Assembly: GCA_021513695.1 (NCBI GenBank)
Contig: CP084166.1
Location: 1,120,001 to 1,184,000 of the forward strand
From: Candidatus Heimdallarchaeum aukensis
GTDB taxonomy: Archaea > Asgardarchaeota > Heimdallarchaeia > Heimdallarchaeales > Heimdallarchaeaceae
Direction: 5' to 3'
DNA: 64,000 nt
The notes under the pieces are model-generated. The model made no database searches. It was not told the DNA's origin and was given only the letters and a program-made list of their open reading frames with translations. Below, piece after piece: positions 27,607-37,177 of the stretch; positions within the stretch are counted from its first letter, which is position 1; every line of letters starts with the position of its first letter. Both the position numbers and the translations under genes were made by a program.

Positions 27607-27681
27607 TGGTAGTCCCCAGGAGATTCGAACTCCTGCCACCGGATTCAAAGTCCGGAATCCTTGCCGCTAGACTAGGGGACT
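27607..27681 (-). tRNA. tRNA-Gln (anticodon UUG), CCA encoded
   Basis: Same cloverleaf as the neighbouring gene, with anticodon loop CT-TTG-AA. 35-nt spacer between the two genes. Confidence 0.9.
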
Positions 27682-27868
27682 TTTTATCTTAACTATTAGT
27701 CTTCTGTCGATTCTTTTTTTTAATTGTGTTTTAAACTTTTCTTTATCTACTATGCTTTATAAACTATTAAATTTTTTTGATTTTTTTCGACTTTTTTCTT
27801 TTTTTCTTTCTCTCATTCTTTTTCCTTATCAAAAAATAAATAAGAGTAAACTTACATTTTATATTATT

Positions 27869-29266
27869 ATGCTTATAAAAACTGGTATTAATGAGCTTGA
27901 CCAGATGATTGATGGTGGTTTACGTACCCATTATTGTTATTCTATCAAGGGTTCTGCTGGTGCTGGTAAGACTGTTTTATCTATTTTTCTTGCTTGGGGT
28001 GCTCTCAATCAGGACATCCCTGTTGTTTTTATTAGTACTGAGATTGAACCTGATCGTATTATTCATTATTTTCACTCTTTTGGTCTTCCTGTTGAGGACT
28101 ACATTGACCGAGGGTTATTAGTCATTGATAAGATGTCTTTGAAGTCTTCTGGTGAGGAGATTATCCAGACTAACAGTTTTGATTTATCAGGTATTATTTT
28201 ACGTGTTACTAAGAAGATTGAGCGTATTCGAGCTAAGTTGGTTATTTTTGATTCTCTTTCTGCTTTTATTGCTGACTTTGAGTATAAAGACACTGCCCGT
28301 AGTAAGTATATTGATTTTATTAAGCGCATTACTAGTTTAGATACTTCTTTAATTATTACTATTGAGTGTGACCCTATTACTAGCAGTTCTCAGATTGACT
28401 ATTTAGTTGACGGTGTTATTGCTTTAAAGACCGAATTAATCAACAATCAGCTAATCAAGAAGATTTCTGTTCCTAAATTAAGAGAAGCCAAGCCTTTAGT
28501 TTATGAAAACCGTTATACTATTACTCAGAAAGGTTTTAGGATTTTCAAATCTGAGAGCGAGCCTTTGTTTACCGTTGATCGTTCTACTGGTATTAAGGTT
28601 TTGGACAATCTTTTAGGTGGAGGTATTGCTCGAGGTTCTGTTGTTTTAGTTGAGATCAATGGTGAGATTAATTATTTTCCTTTCTTCTTGACTCTTCTTT
28701 ACAATTATTTAACTCTAAACCATGGTGTTATCATTCATTCCAATGTTCAGATGAATGTTAATCGTATTTTGGAGGAGTTTGAGCGAGGTCAGTGTGACAT
28801 TTCTGACTACTTACGTGATGGTAATATTGTCTTTTTGGATAAGTACAATCGTTCTGTCACTGCTGTTGAAGCTAAAGAGATTCGTGATATGATTAACTTA
28901 GATGACATGTTAGCTATTACTGTTGAGATGATGCAGGCTTTTGGTTCTGACACTGAAGTTGTTGTTTTTGGTGATCTTACTGATGATGTTAACATTTTGA
29001 ATGAGCGTGATTTCTTAAAATTGTTTGCTCTTCAGTCTTACAACATTAAGGAGCATAATGCTATTTCCTTTTCTTTTATCAATTACAATGCTGTTGACAA
29101 AAAAATTCTCGCTCGTTTACGTACCACCTCTGATGTTATCATTCGTTTATCGCGTGAAAATTATTCTAACTACATTGAATGTTTGAAGAGCACTACTGGT
29201 GCTACATTTCTTGCTAAGAATATTGAATTTAAAAAAAGTTATCCTATGATTGAAATTGTTGAGTGA
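27869..29266 (+). CDS. Two-domain KaiC-like (RecA-superfamily) ATPase; second domain lacks a P-loop
   Basis: Domain 1: TGINELDQMIDGGLRTHYCYSIKGSAGAGKTVLS (Walker A) ... LVIFDS (Walker B). Domain 2: TGIKVLDNLLGGGIARGSVVLVEINGEINYFP, with no GK[ST]. Start moved to Met40 of tracked ORF 27752-29266, because the upstream part is T-rich low complexity. Confidence 0.75.
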   Translation: MLIKTGINELDQMIDGGLRTHYCYSIKGSAGAGKTVLSIFLAWGALNQDIPVVFISTEIEPDRIIHYFHSFGLPVEDYIDRGLLVIDKMSLKSSGEEIIQTNSFDLSGIILRVTKKIERIRAKLVIFDSLSAFIADFEYKDTARSKYIDFIKRITSLDTSLIITIECDPITSSSQIDYLVDGVIALKTELINNQLIKKISVPKLREAKPLVYENRYTITQKGFRIFKSESEPLFTVDRSTGIKVLDNLLGGGIARGSVVLVEINGEINYFPFFLTLLYNYLTLNHGVIIHSNVQMNVNRILEEFERGQCDISDYLRDGNIVFLDKYNRSVTAVEAKEIRDMINLDDMLAITVEMMQAFGSDTEVVVFGDLTDDVNILNERDFLKLFALQSYNIKEHNAISFSFINYNAVDKKILARLRTTSDVIIRLSRENYSNYIECLKSTTGATFLAKNIEFKKSYPMIEIVE

Positions 29267-31373
29267 GGAAGTATTATGCACAAGATTTTATACTTCAAGA
29301 GCAAAACTTGTAACTGGTGTCCTTTTGTCGAATCGATTTTAAAGAAGATTGTTTCTGAAAAATCTACTTTAGAGTTAGAAGTTATTGATATTGAAGAAAA
29401 TTATGAAATCGCTGAAAAGTATAATATTATCGCTGTTCCTACTATTATTCTTCCTAACTCTACTAAAATTGTTGGTGCTACCGATGAAACTTTTCTACGC
29501 CAGCAGTTATCATTTTTTTTGTGATTGGTGAGAACTGCTTTCTTTTTGTTCTTTTTTTTGGTAAATTGTTTTTTTCGTTCTTTAATTCTACTTTCATCTC
29601 TATAAGAAAACTCTTTAAATTCTTTTCTTTTTTGTAAATTAATGACTTGGTCCTTAAATGATTCAAAGCTTATCTATGGTGTTGATCAAAACGATCTTTA
29701 TTTTTTAGATATTAATGATCAAGGTGAACTTTTACTTAAGCTTAAGGATCAATCTATTTCTTTTAATGAAATCATCAATCTTGTTAAGTCTCAGTTTAAC
29801 TCTTCTTCTCTCTCTTCTGTTCCTTCATTTACTCTTCGCATTCCTCAATTAATAACTGAACAAATTTCCAAACTTAACACTTGTTTCCAGTCTGCTATTC
29901 ATCAATATCAATATTCTGGCAATTTTCAAGGCATCTATCCTATTAAAGTTAATTCTTTGAGTTATGTTCTTGAAACTATTAAAGCGAACAGTCCTTCCTA
30001 TGCTTTTGAAGCTGGAACTGTTAATGAATTAGATGTTTTGCTTTCTCTTCTTCGTGATGATAAAACTCGTATGATAATGTGTAACGGTGTTAAAGATTCA
30101 GACTATATAGATAAGATTAGAGGAGCTCTTAACGATGGTTATTCTATTGTTATTAGTTTGGAGTCATGCTCTGAGTCTACTACCATTCTTGATTTAATAG
30201 ACCATGATTTACTTAAACTTGCTTTGAGAATCAAACCCTATCCCACTGTTAAATCTCATTGGGGAAGTTCTTCTGGTCGCGATTCTAAATTTGGTTTATC
30301 TATTCATGAATTTAAGCGCATTATTAATTTGTTAGAAAAAAGAGGAGTAAAGGATAAAGTTATTGCTATTCACGCTCATCCTGGTTCTCAGATTATTGAT
30401 ATTGATGGTTTAAGGTTCTTTGTTCTGTATCTTTCAAACAGGTATTTAGAACTTAAGCGTCTTGGTTTCACCAACCTTAACAATATAGACTTTGGTGGAG
30501 GTATACCTATTAATTATGATAATAGGTTACCCTCTGACATTTTAGATAATTATGTTAAAACGCTTGTATTAACTCTAAAAGAGACTATCACCGATTCTGA
30601 CGTTCAACCTAATATTTGGATTGAAGCAGGAAGGTTTCTTACTGCTCCCTCTTCCTTAATTATTGTTGAAACTATTGCTCTTTACTCTATTTTCCCCTCT
30701 GAAGAGAGTTTAAATGACCATAAGGCTATGATTAGCTCAATGCTTGAAAAAATCACTCATCCTTCTTCGATACTTAATTTATTTTCTCATTGGACTGAAT
30801 TACAATCTCCTACAATCGACTCAAATGTTAACGAAATCTTGAAGACTGAAATTTTGATGAAACACTTAAAATTAGCTATCAGAGAAAAAATGATGAATTT
30901 TGATGATGAGCAAAAGTTCAACAGGATTTTTGATTTAGATTTGGATGAGATATTCTATGAGATTTATTCCCCTGAACATATCTTAATCGGTAATTTCAGT
31001 GTTTTCAATACTATTATTGATTGGTTACTTGTTGGTCAATATTTTCCTATTCTTCCTATAGACAATCTTGATCATCAACCTGTTTCTTTAGCTAGATTGG
31101 TGGATAAAACATGTGATTCTGATGGTGAGATATCTATTTACCATCCTGTCTTTAATGAAGAAAAGATTTTGTATACCAAGGATGGTTTTCCATTAACAGT
31201 CAAAGACAAGAAATTTAATCTCATGGGCTTTCCTATTGGTTGTTTGCCTACTAATTTCCCATATTATTTAGTTATTGCTTTAACAGGTGCCTACCAAGAT
31301 AACATTAAGATGCATCACAATCTAATTGAGCCATTAAGTAGTATTATTATCAAGCATGAGAATGGGCAGTGGA
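28374..31373. repeat. Tandem direct duplication, unit 1 (3,000 bp)
   Basis: Sequence lines 28381-29520 are identical to 31381-32520 at offset 3000. After two homopolymer indels the offset becomes 3002, and identity continues to 31373/34375. Confidence 0.9.
29276..29524 (+). CDS. Small thioredoxin/glutaredoxin-fold protein (CNWC active-site motif)
   Basis: 82 aa. KSKTCNWCPF (CxxC) and a cis-Pro context (IAVPTIIL) are typical of the thioredoxin fold. Confidence 0.75.
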   Translation: MHKILYFKSKTCNWCPFVESILKKIVSEKSTLELEVIDIEENYEIAEKYNIIAVPTIILPNSTKIVGATDETFLRQQLSFFL

Positions 31374-32266
31374 CTATTACTAGCAGTTCTCAGATTGACT
31401 ATTTAGTTGACGGTGTTATTGCTTTAAAGACCGAATTAATCAACAATCAGCTAATCAAGAAGATTTCTGTTCCTAAATTAAGAGAAGCCAAGCCTTTAGT
31501 TTATGAAAACCGTTATACTATTACTCAGAAAGGTTTTAGGATTTTCAAATCTGAGAGCGAGCCTTTGTTTACCGTTGATCGTTCTACTGGTATTAAGGTT
31601 TTGGACAATCTTTTAGGTGGAGGTATTGCTCGAGGTTCTGTTGTTTTAGTTGAGATCAATGGTGAGATTAATTATTTTCCTTTCTTCTTGACTCTTCTTT
31701 ACAATTATTTAACTCTAAACCATGGTGTTATCATTCATTCCAATGTTCAGATGAATGTTAATCGTATTTTGGAGGAGTTTGAGCGAGGTCAGTGTGACAT
31801 TTCTGACTACTTACGTGATGGTAATATTGTCTTTTTGGATAAGTACAATCGTTCTGTCACTGCTGTTGAAGCTAAAGAGATTCGTGATATGATTAACTTA
31901 GATGACATGTTAGCTATTACTGTTGAGATGATGCAGGCTTTTGGTTCTGACACTGAAGTTGTTGTTTTTGGTGATCTTACTGATGATGTTAACATTTTGA
32001 ATGAGCGTGATTTCTTAAAATTGTTTGCTCTTCAGTCTTACAACATTAAGGAGCATAATGCTATTTCCTTTTCTTTTATCAATTACAATGCTGTTGACAA
32101 AAAAATTCTCGCTCGTTTACGTACCACCTCTGATGTTATCATTCGTTTATCGCGTGAAAATTATTCTAACTACATTGAATGTTTGAAGAGCACTACTGGT
32201 GCTACATTTCTTGCTAAGAATATTGAATTTAAAAAAAGTTATCCTATGATTGAAATTGTTGAGTGA
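29642..32266 (+). CDS. Chimeric ORF created by the duplication junction: SpeA-like residues 1-577 fused in frame to the C-terminal ~297 aa of the KaiC-like protein
   Basis: aa 1-577 are identical to ORF 32644-34401. From TITSSSQIDYLVDG onward the sequence is identical to the C-terminus of ORF 27752-29266. The junction is at nt 31373/31374. Confidence 0.7.
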   Translation: MTWSLNDSKLIYGVDQNDLYFLDINDQGELLLKLKDQSISFNEIINLVKSQFNSSSLSSVPSFTLRIPQLITEQISKLNTCFQSAIHQYQYSGNFQGIYPIKVNSLSYVLETIKANSPSYAFEAGTVNELDVLLSLLRDDKTRMIMCNGVKDSDYIDKIRGALNDGYSIVISLESCSESTTILDLIDHDLLKLALRIKPYPTVKSHWGSSSGRDSKFGLSIHEFKRIINLLEKRGVKDKVIAIHAHPGSQIIDIDGLRFFVLYLSNRYLELKRLGFTNLNNIDFGGGIPINYDNRLPSDILDNYVKTLVLTLKETITDSDVQPNIWIEAGRFLTAPSSLIIVETIALYSIFPSEESLNDHKAMISSMLEKITHPSSILNLFSHWTELQSPTIDSNVNEILKTEILMKHLKLAIREKMMNFDDEQKFNRIFDLDLDEIFYEIYSPEHILIGNFSVFNTIIDWLLVGQYFPILPIDNLDHQPVSLARLVDKTCDSDGEISIYHPVFNEEKILYTKDGFPLTVKDKKFNLMGFPIGCLPTNFPYYLVIALTGAYQDNIKMHHNLIEPLSSIIIKHENGQWTITSSSQIDYLVDGVIALKTELINNQLIKKISVPKLREAKPLVYENRYTITQKGFRIFKSESEPLFTVDRSTGIKVLDNLLGGGIARGSVVLVEINGEINYFPFFLTLLYNYLTLNHGVIIHSNVQMNVNRILEEFERGQCDISDYLRDGNIVFLDKYNRSVTAVEAKEIRDMINLDDMLAITVEMMQAFGSDTEVVVFGDLTDDVNILNERDFLKLFALQSYNIKEHNAISFSFINYNAVDKKILARLRTTSDVIIRLSRENYSNYIECLKSTTGATFLAKNIEFKKSYPMIEIVE

Positions 32267-34375
32267 GGAAGTATTATGCACAAGATTTTATACTTCAAGA
32301 GCAAAACTTGTAACTGGTGTCCTTTTGTCGAATCGATTTTAAAGAAGATTGTTTCTGAAAAATCTACTTTAGAGTTAGAAGTTATTGATATTGAAGAAAA
32401 TTATGAAATCGCTGAAAAGTATAATATTATCGCTGTTCCTACTATTATTCTTCCTAACTCTACTAAAATTGTTGGTGCTACCGATGAAACTTTTCTACGC
32501 CAGCAGTTATCATTTTTTTTGTGATTGGTGAGAACTGCTTTCTTTTTTTTGTTCTTTTTTTGGTAAATTGTTTTTTTCGTTCTTTAATTCTACTTTCATC
32601 TCTATAAGAAAACTCTTTAAATTCTTTTCTTTTTTGTAAATTAATGACTTGGTCCTTAAATGATTCAAAGCTTATCTATGGTGTTGATCAAAACGATCTT
32701 TATTTTTTAGATATTAATGATCAAGGTGAACTTTTACTTAAGCTTAAGGATCAATCTATTTCTTTTAATGAAATCATCAATCTTGTTAAGTCTCAGTTTA
32801 ACTCTTCTTCTCTCTCTTCTGTTCCTTCATTTACTCTTCGCATTCCTCAATTAATAACTGAACAAATTTCCAAACTTAACACTTGTTTCCAGTCTGCTAT
32901 TCATCAATATCAATATTCTGGCAATTTTCAAGGCATCTATCCTATTAAAGTTAATTCTTTGAGTTATGTTCTTGAAACTATTAAAGCGAACAGTCCTTCC
33001 TATGCTTTTGAAGCTGGAACTGTTAATGAATTAGATGTTTTGCTTTCTCTTCTTCGTGATGATAAAACTCGTATGATAATGTGTAACGGTGTTAAAGATT
33101 CAGACTATATAGATAAGATTAGAGGAGCTCTTAACGATGGTTATTCTATTGTTATTAGTTTGGAGTCATGCTCTGAGTCTACTACCATTCTTGATTTAAT
33201 AGACCATGATTTACTTAAACTTGCTTTGAGAATCAAACCCTATCCCACTGTTAAATCTCATTGGGGAAGTTCTTCTGGTCGCGATTCTAAATTTGGTTTA
33301 TCTATTCATGAATTTAAGCGCATTATTAATTTGTTAGAAAAAAGAGGAGTAAAGGATAAAGTTATTGCTATTCACGCTCATCCTGGTTCTCAGATTATTG
33401 ATATTGATGGTTTAAGGTTCTTTGTTCTGTATCTTTCAAACAGGTATTTAGAACTTAAGCGTCTTGGTTTCACCAACCTTAACAATATAGACTTTGGTGG
33501 AGGTATACCTATTAATTATGATAATAGGTTACCCTCTGACATTTTAGATAATTATGTTAAAACGCTTGTATTAACTCTAAAAGAGACTATCACCGATTCT
33601 GACGTTCAACCTAATATTTGGATTGAAGCAGGAAGGTTTCTTACTGCTCCCTCTTCCTTAATTATTGTTGAAACTATTGCTCTTTACTCTATTTTCCCCT
33701 CTGAAGAGAGTTTAAATGACCATAAGGCTATGATTAGCTCAATGCTTGAAAAAATCACTCATCCTTCTTCGATACTTAATTTATTTTCTCATTGGACTGA
33801 ATTACAATCTCCTACAATCGACTCAAATGTTAACGAAATCTTGAAGACTGAAATTTTGATGAAACACTTAAAATTAGCTATCAGAGAAAAAATGATGAAT
33901 TTTGATGATGAGCAAAAGTTCAACAGGATTTTTGATTTAGATTTGGATGAGATATTCTATGAGATTTATTCCCCTGAACATATCTTAATCGGTAATTTCA
34001 GTGTTTTCAATACTATTATTGATTGGTTACTTGTTGGTCAATATTTTCCTATTCTTCCTATAGACAATCTTGATCATCAACCTGTTTCTTTAGCTAGATT
34101 GGTGGATAAAACATGTGATTCTGATGGTGAGATATCTATTTACCATCCTGTCTTTAATGAAGAAAAGATTTTGTATACCAAGGATGGTTTTCCATTAACA
34201 GTCAAAGACAAGAAATTTAATCTCATGGGCTTTCCTATTGGTTGTTTGCCTACTAATTTCCCATATTATTTAGTTATTGCTTTAACAGGTGCCTACCAAG
34301 ATAACATTAAGATGCATCACAATCTAATTGAGCCATTAAGTAGTATTATTATCAAGCATGAGAATGGGCAGTGGA
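31374..34375. repeat. Tandem direct duplication, unit 2 (3,002 bp)
   Basis: See unit 1. The only differences I found are T5->T8 and T8->T7 runs in the trx-speA spacer (~29547-29560 vs ~32547-32562). Confidence 0.9.
32276..32524 (+). CDS. Small thioredoxin-fold protein, duplicate copy
   Basis: Identical translation to 29276-29524. Confidence 0.75.
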   Translation: MHKILYFKSKTCNWCPFVESILKKIVSEKSTLELEVIDIEENYEIAEKYNIIAVPTIILPNSTKIVGATDETFLRQQLSFFL

Positions 34376-34401
34376 ATGTTTTATATTATAGAGATAAATA
34401 A
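32644..34401 (+). CDS. PLP-dependent arginine/ornithine decarboxylase, SpeA-like (fold-III Orn/DAP/Arg decarboxylase)
   Basis: GIYPIKVNS (PLP-Lys context as in SpeA YPIKVN), IHAHPGSQI, DFGGGIPINY, CDSDGE. The 585-aa length is close to biosynthetic arginine decarboxylases. Confidence 0.75.
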   Translation: MTWSLNDSKLIYGVDQNDLYFLDINDQGELLLKLKDQSISFNEIINLVKSQFNSSSLSSVPSFTLRIPQLITEQISKLNTCFQSAIHQYQYSGNFQGIYPIKVNSLSYVLETIKANSPSYAFEAGTVNELDVLLSLLRDDKTRMIMCNGVKDSDYIDKIRGALNDGYSIVISLESCSESTTILDLIDHDLLKLALRIKPYPTVKSHWGSSSGRDSKFGLSIHEFKRIINLLEKRGVKDKVIAIHAHPGSQIIDIDGLRFFVLYLSNRYLELKRLGFTNLNNIDFGGGIPINYDNRLPSDILDNYVKTLVLTLKETITDSDVQPNIWIEAGRFLTAPSSLIIVETIALYSIFPSEESLNDHKAMISSMLEKITHPSSILNLFSHWTELQSPTIDSNVNEILKTEILMKHLKLAIREKMMNFDDEQKFNRIFDLDLDEIFYEIYSPEHILIGNFSVFNTIIDWLLVGQYFPILPIDNLDHQPVSLARLVDKTCDSDGEISIYHPVFNEEKILYTKDGFPLTVKDKKFNLMGFPIGCLPTNFPYYLVIALTGAYQDNIKMHHNLIEPLSSIIIKHENGQWNVLYYRDK

Positions 34402-34465
34402 AACAGATAATTTTATAAACAGTTGTTTTTCATTATCATTCGACCATTTAAAAGAGGACCATTTA

Positions 34466-34816
34466 ATGAGCATGCGAGAATCTATTGTTAAAACGTTAAA
34501 AGAAATAAAAGATGAATATAGAGAAGTTGAGACTACAGACAAAATTTTAGATCTAATCAGTTTAGTTGGTATTGTACTCTTCTTTGTAAGTGCGTTAGTA
34601 ATGAGTTTGAACAATAAAATTAATCCTATCAACATTGCTTTCTCTATCTATCCATTAGCTATTGCTGGTACTGCTACTGCTATACGAATGAAACTTAAAA
34701 AGATAACCAATGAAGAAGAAGCCTCTAGAGTTTTTAGAGAATACATAACAATTGTTAGTTTATTAACAGTATTAGTATTAATTGTGATTTTATTTACTGT
34801 AATAATTTATGTTTAA
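34466..34816 (+). CDS. Small membrane protein (3 predicted TM helices)
   Basis: ATG 34466 chosen within tracked ORF 34358-34816, whose 5' end overlaps speA. Hydrophobic segments follow a charged N-terminus. Confidence 0.5.
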   Translation: MSMRESIVKTLKEIKDEYREVETTDKILDLISLVGIVLFFVSALVMSLNNKINPINIAFSIYPLAIAGTATAIRMKLKKITNEEEASRVFREYITIVSLLTVLVLIVILFTVIIYV

Positions 34817-34879
34817 TTCACTTCTTTTTTTAAAAAGTACCACAAATTTTTTTATATACAATATGGTTATTTGTGGACA

Positions 34880-36283
34880 ATGAGTTACAATATTGAAAAG
34901 CAATATACTAGAGTTATTAAATATGGTATGAGTTTAGGTGTGAGGAGAGTATTTGAAACCGTTGTTTTTGCAGTTACTATCTTTAGTATGACTTTTATTT
35001 ACCTTTATGTACTTTTTACTGAAAATGTTTCAGCTATTGGAAAATACATTTTCTTTCCTATTGGAATATTTTTAGAGATTGTGCTTATTTTAGCATACAT
35101 TGAAAACCATTATAGCATAGAGATTTTTGGTGAGATTGTTACAAAATTTTTCACTATCCTTAGCATTTTATCTCTTTTAATGATAGTTATTTATTCTTCT
35201 ATTCCCGCACTCTATACTACCAGAACACTTGATGGAGTAAACACTTCTCTTTTAGTTATTTACTTTATTTTAGTTGTTGTTGAAACGGGCTATTTTTTGT
35301 ATTCTGTTCCTAGAGGCGAGTTATCTGAGTCTTTTGGAATGGAGAAGCAGTTTTCTATTTTGGAAAAGAAACTAAAAAGCATTGACTTAGATTCCTTACC
35401 TGTTGAAAAGGCAATTAAAAAAGGAATTGAGACTTTAAAGAAGAAAGTTTCTGAGAATGGTGTCTGGGGTTCTTTAAATCCCCTTTATGAGACTGCAATG
35501 GTACTAGATTTTTTCCATTCCCAGAATTATGAAATAGATTCATCTTGGACTATTAAGACTTCTCAAGGCAAAAAAATTGTTTCTCTAAAGAATTCATTTG
35601 ACTATATCTCCACGATCGTTGACATGCTTGAAGAATCTGAAATTTCTTACGAACAATTGTACATTCTATATGTTGTTAGCTTATTTGACCCTTCAACTCT
35701 TGACCCTCACCTTAATTTGATTGAAAACTTCAAAAATGAATTAAAAGAGGAAACTGAATGGGATTTTATTAATTCTCTTAATCAATTTTCTCCAAACATC
35801 AGATCAAGAAGTAGTCCTAACCATTTTGTTTTCGCTTATATTGCTGATGTAATTGGAGATATAGAGTTATTAGATCGAATTTCTATGTTATTTACAAAAA
35901 GCATAGACATTATAATCAAAAGAGGTTATTCTCGATTTTCTACATCAAAAACAGGAAGAACACCTATGGAAATGTTTGCTCGATTAATGTTGACCTTATA
36001 TCACATTAGAAGAATGCCACCTAAAAGGCAAGAATTTCTAAAAGCTGTTCAGCAAACTCAATTTATCGAAGGAAGCTGGGAAGATGATATAGGAACAACA
36101 GGCTATGTTATGCAATCCTTAATTCCAAGCGAAACAATTGAATCCATGCCCTTAAAGAAAGGTACTCTATACTTGCTTGCGATGCAAGATAAGGAAGGAA
36201 TGTGGAACGGTAGTATTGAGGAGACAATAATTGCTCTTAAAACACTTATTCAAGTCAGGAAATTCATTGAAGAACAAGTCTAA
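34880..36283 (+). CDS. Membrane protein with a C-terminal prenyltransferase/terpene-cyclase-like alpha-alpha repeat domain
   Basis: About 4-5 N-terminal TM helices. C-terminal repeats of the type GVWGSLNPLYETAMVLDFF, EGSWEDDIGTTGYVMQSL and EGMWNGSIEETIIALKTL resemble squalene-cyclase/prenyltransferase beta-subunit repeats. Confidence 0.5.
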   Translation: MSYNIEKQYTRVIKYGMSLGVRRVFETVVFAVTIFSMTFIYLYVLFTENVSAIGKYIFFPIGIFLEIVLILAYIENHYSIEIFGEIVTKFFTILSILSLLMIVIYSSIPALYTTRTLDGVNTSLLVIYFILVVVETGYFLYSVPRGELSESFGMEKQFSILEKKLKSIDLDSLPVEKAIKKGIETLKKKVSENGVWGSLNPLYETAMVLDFFHSQNYEIDSSWTIKTSQGKKIVSLKNSFDYISTIVDMLEESEISYEQLYILYVVSLFDPSTLDPHLNLIENFKNELKEETEWDFINSLNQFSPNIRSRSSPNHFVFAYIADVIGDIELLDRISMLFTKSIDIIIKRGYSRFSTSKTGRTPMEMFARLMLTLYHIRRMPPKRQEFLKAVQQTQFIEGSWEDDIGTTGYVMQSLIPSETIESMPLKKGTLYLLAMQDKEGMWNGSIEETIIALKTLIQVRKFIEEQV

Positions 36284-36354
36284 TTTTTTCTTACTCTTTT
36301 CTTACTACATTTCATATTCACAATTCTTTTAAGAATAAATAAAAAATACAATAT

Positions 36355-37155
36355 ATGGCAGATATTATTCACATTTTACTATACATTCAAACAGCAACAG
36401 TAATATTATGTTTATTATATGGTTCTATTATAGACATCTTTAAACGCGAGATTTCTGATATTCCGTGGATTGTTATGGTTGTAGAGGGGATCATTACTTC
36501 CATTCTTATGATTATTTTTTATGAGGACAAAAAAGAGATCTGGAGAATTATAGGAATAAACTTCTCTCTCGCATTAATTATAGGAATAATTATTTATTAT
36601 ACTGGGATCATGGGAGGAGCTGATGCTAAAGCTATAATGGCTTTATCTGTAAATACTGCTATTTTTCCTTTTGATTTTCCATTAACAAAACTAACTGTTT
36701 ATCTTTTCTTACCTCCTGTATTCAATATCTTTTTCAACTGGTTACTTGCGATAATTATTTTTTATCCTATTCCTTTAGCAATTTACAATGTGATTCTGAA
36801 AATTAAAGGAGTAAAACTATTCAATGAAACTCATGCAAATTTCTTTGATAAAATTCTCTCTTTAATCTCAGGTTATGTAATTCAAGTTGAAAAAGCCAAA
36901 GATAGAGTAGATATTGTTTATTCTGAAGTTTATAATCAAAAGAATGAACGTTGGGAAGTTAAACATTTTATGAAGGTAGAAGAACAGGAAGAAGAAGACA
37001 AATTCAAGCGTGAAGTTGAAGAATGGATTGATAAAACTAATAAAAAATACATCTGGGTTAAAGTTCTTCCTCCTGGAATAGTGTTCTTGCTAATAGGTTA
37101 CATCGTTTCATTATTTATTGGGAATCCTTTATTCGCTTTATTTACTATTCTTTGA
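36355..37155 (+). CDS. A24-family aspartic peptidase (preflagellin/prepilin peptidase, FlaK/PibD-like)
   Basis: Polytopic. First catalytic Asp context SIIDIFKREISD, second GGADAKAIMALS. An inserted soluble segment before the last TM, as in FlaK. Confidence 0.7.
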   Translation: MADIIHILLYIQTATVILCLLYGSIIDIFKREISDIPWIVMVVEGIITSILMIIFYEDKKEIWRIIGINFSLALIIGIIIYYTGIMGGADAKAIMALSVNTAIFPFDFPLTKLTVYLFLPPVFNIFFNWLLAIIIFYPIPLAIYNVILKIKGVKLFNETHANFFDKILSLISGYVIQVEKAKDRVDIVYSEVYNQKNERWEVKHFMKVEEQEEEDKFKREVEEWIDKTNKKYIWVKVLPPGIVFLLIGYIVSLFIGNPLFALFTIL

Positions 37156-37177
37156 TTCTCTTTTCTTTCTTTTTGTT

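Noticed and set aside
27752-27868. N-terminal 39 codons of tracked ORF 27752-29266
   Set aside because: This is a T-rich low-complexity translation (F/L-rich) upstream of a good internal Met that begins the conserved KaiC-like sequence (MLIKTGINELD). It is probably promoter or leader DNA.
29642-32266. The 874-aa ORF as a natural, evolved multidomain decarboxylase-KaiC protein
   Set aside because: Both halves are 100% identical to the flanking parental genes, and the fusion point coincides with the tandem-duplication junction. It is therefore a by-product of the duplication, or of misassembly, not an established architecture.
28374-34375. Large direct repeats as a CRISPR array or rRNA/IS repeat
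   Set aside because: There are only two 3-kb units, made of ordinary protein-coding genes, with no short repeat-spacer periodicity. No CRISPR-like array was seen anywhere in the window.
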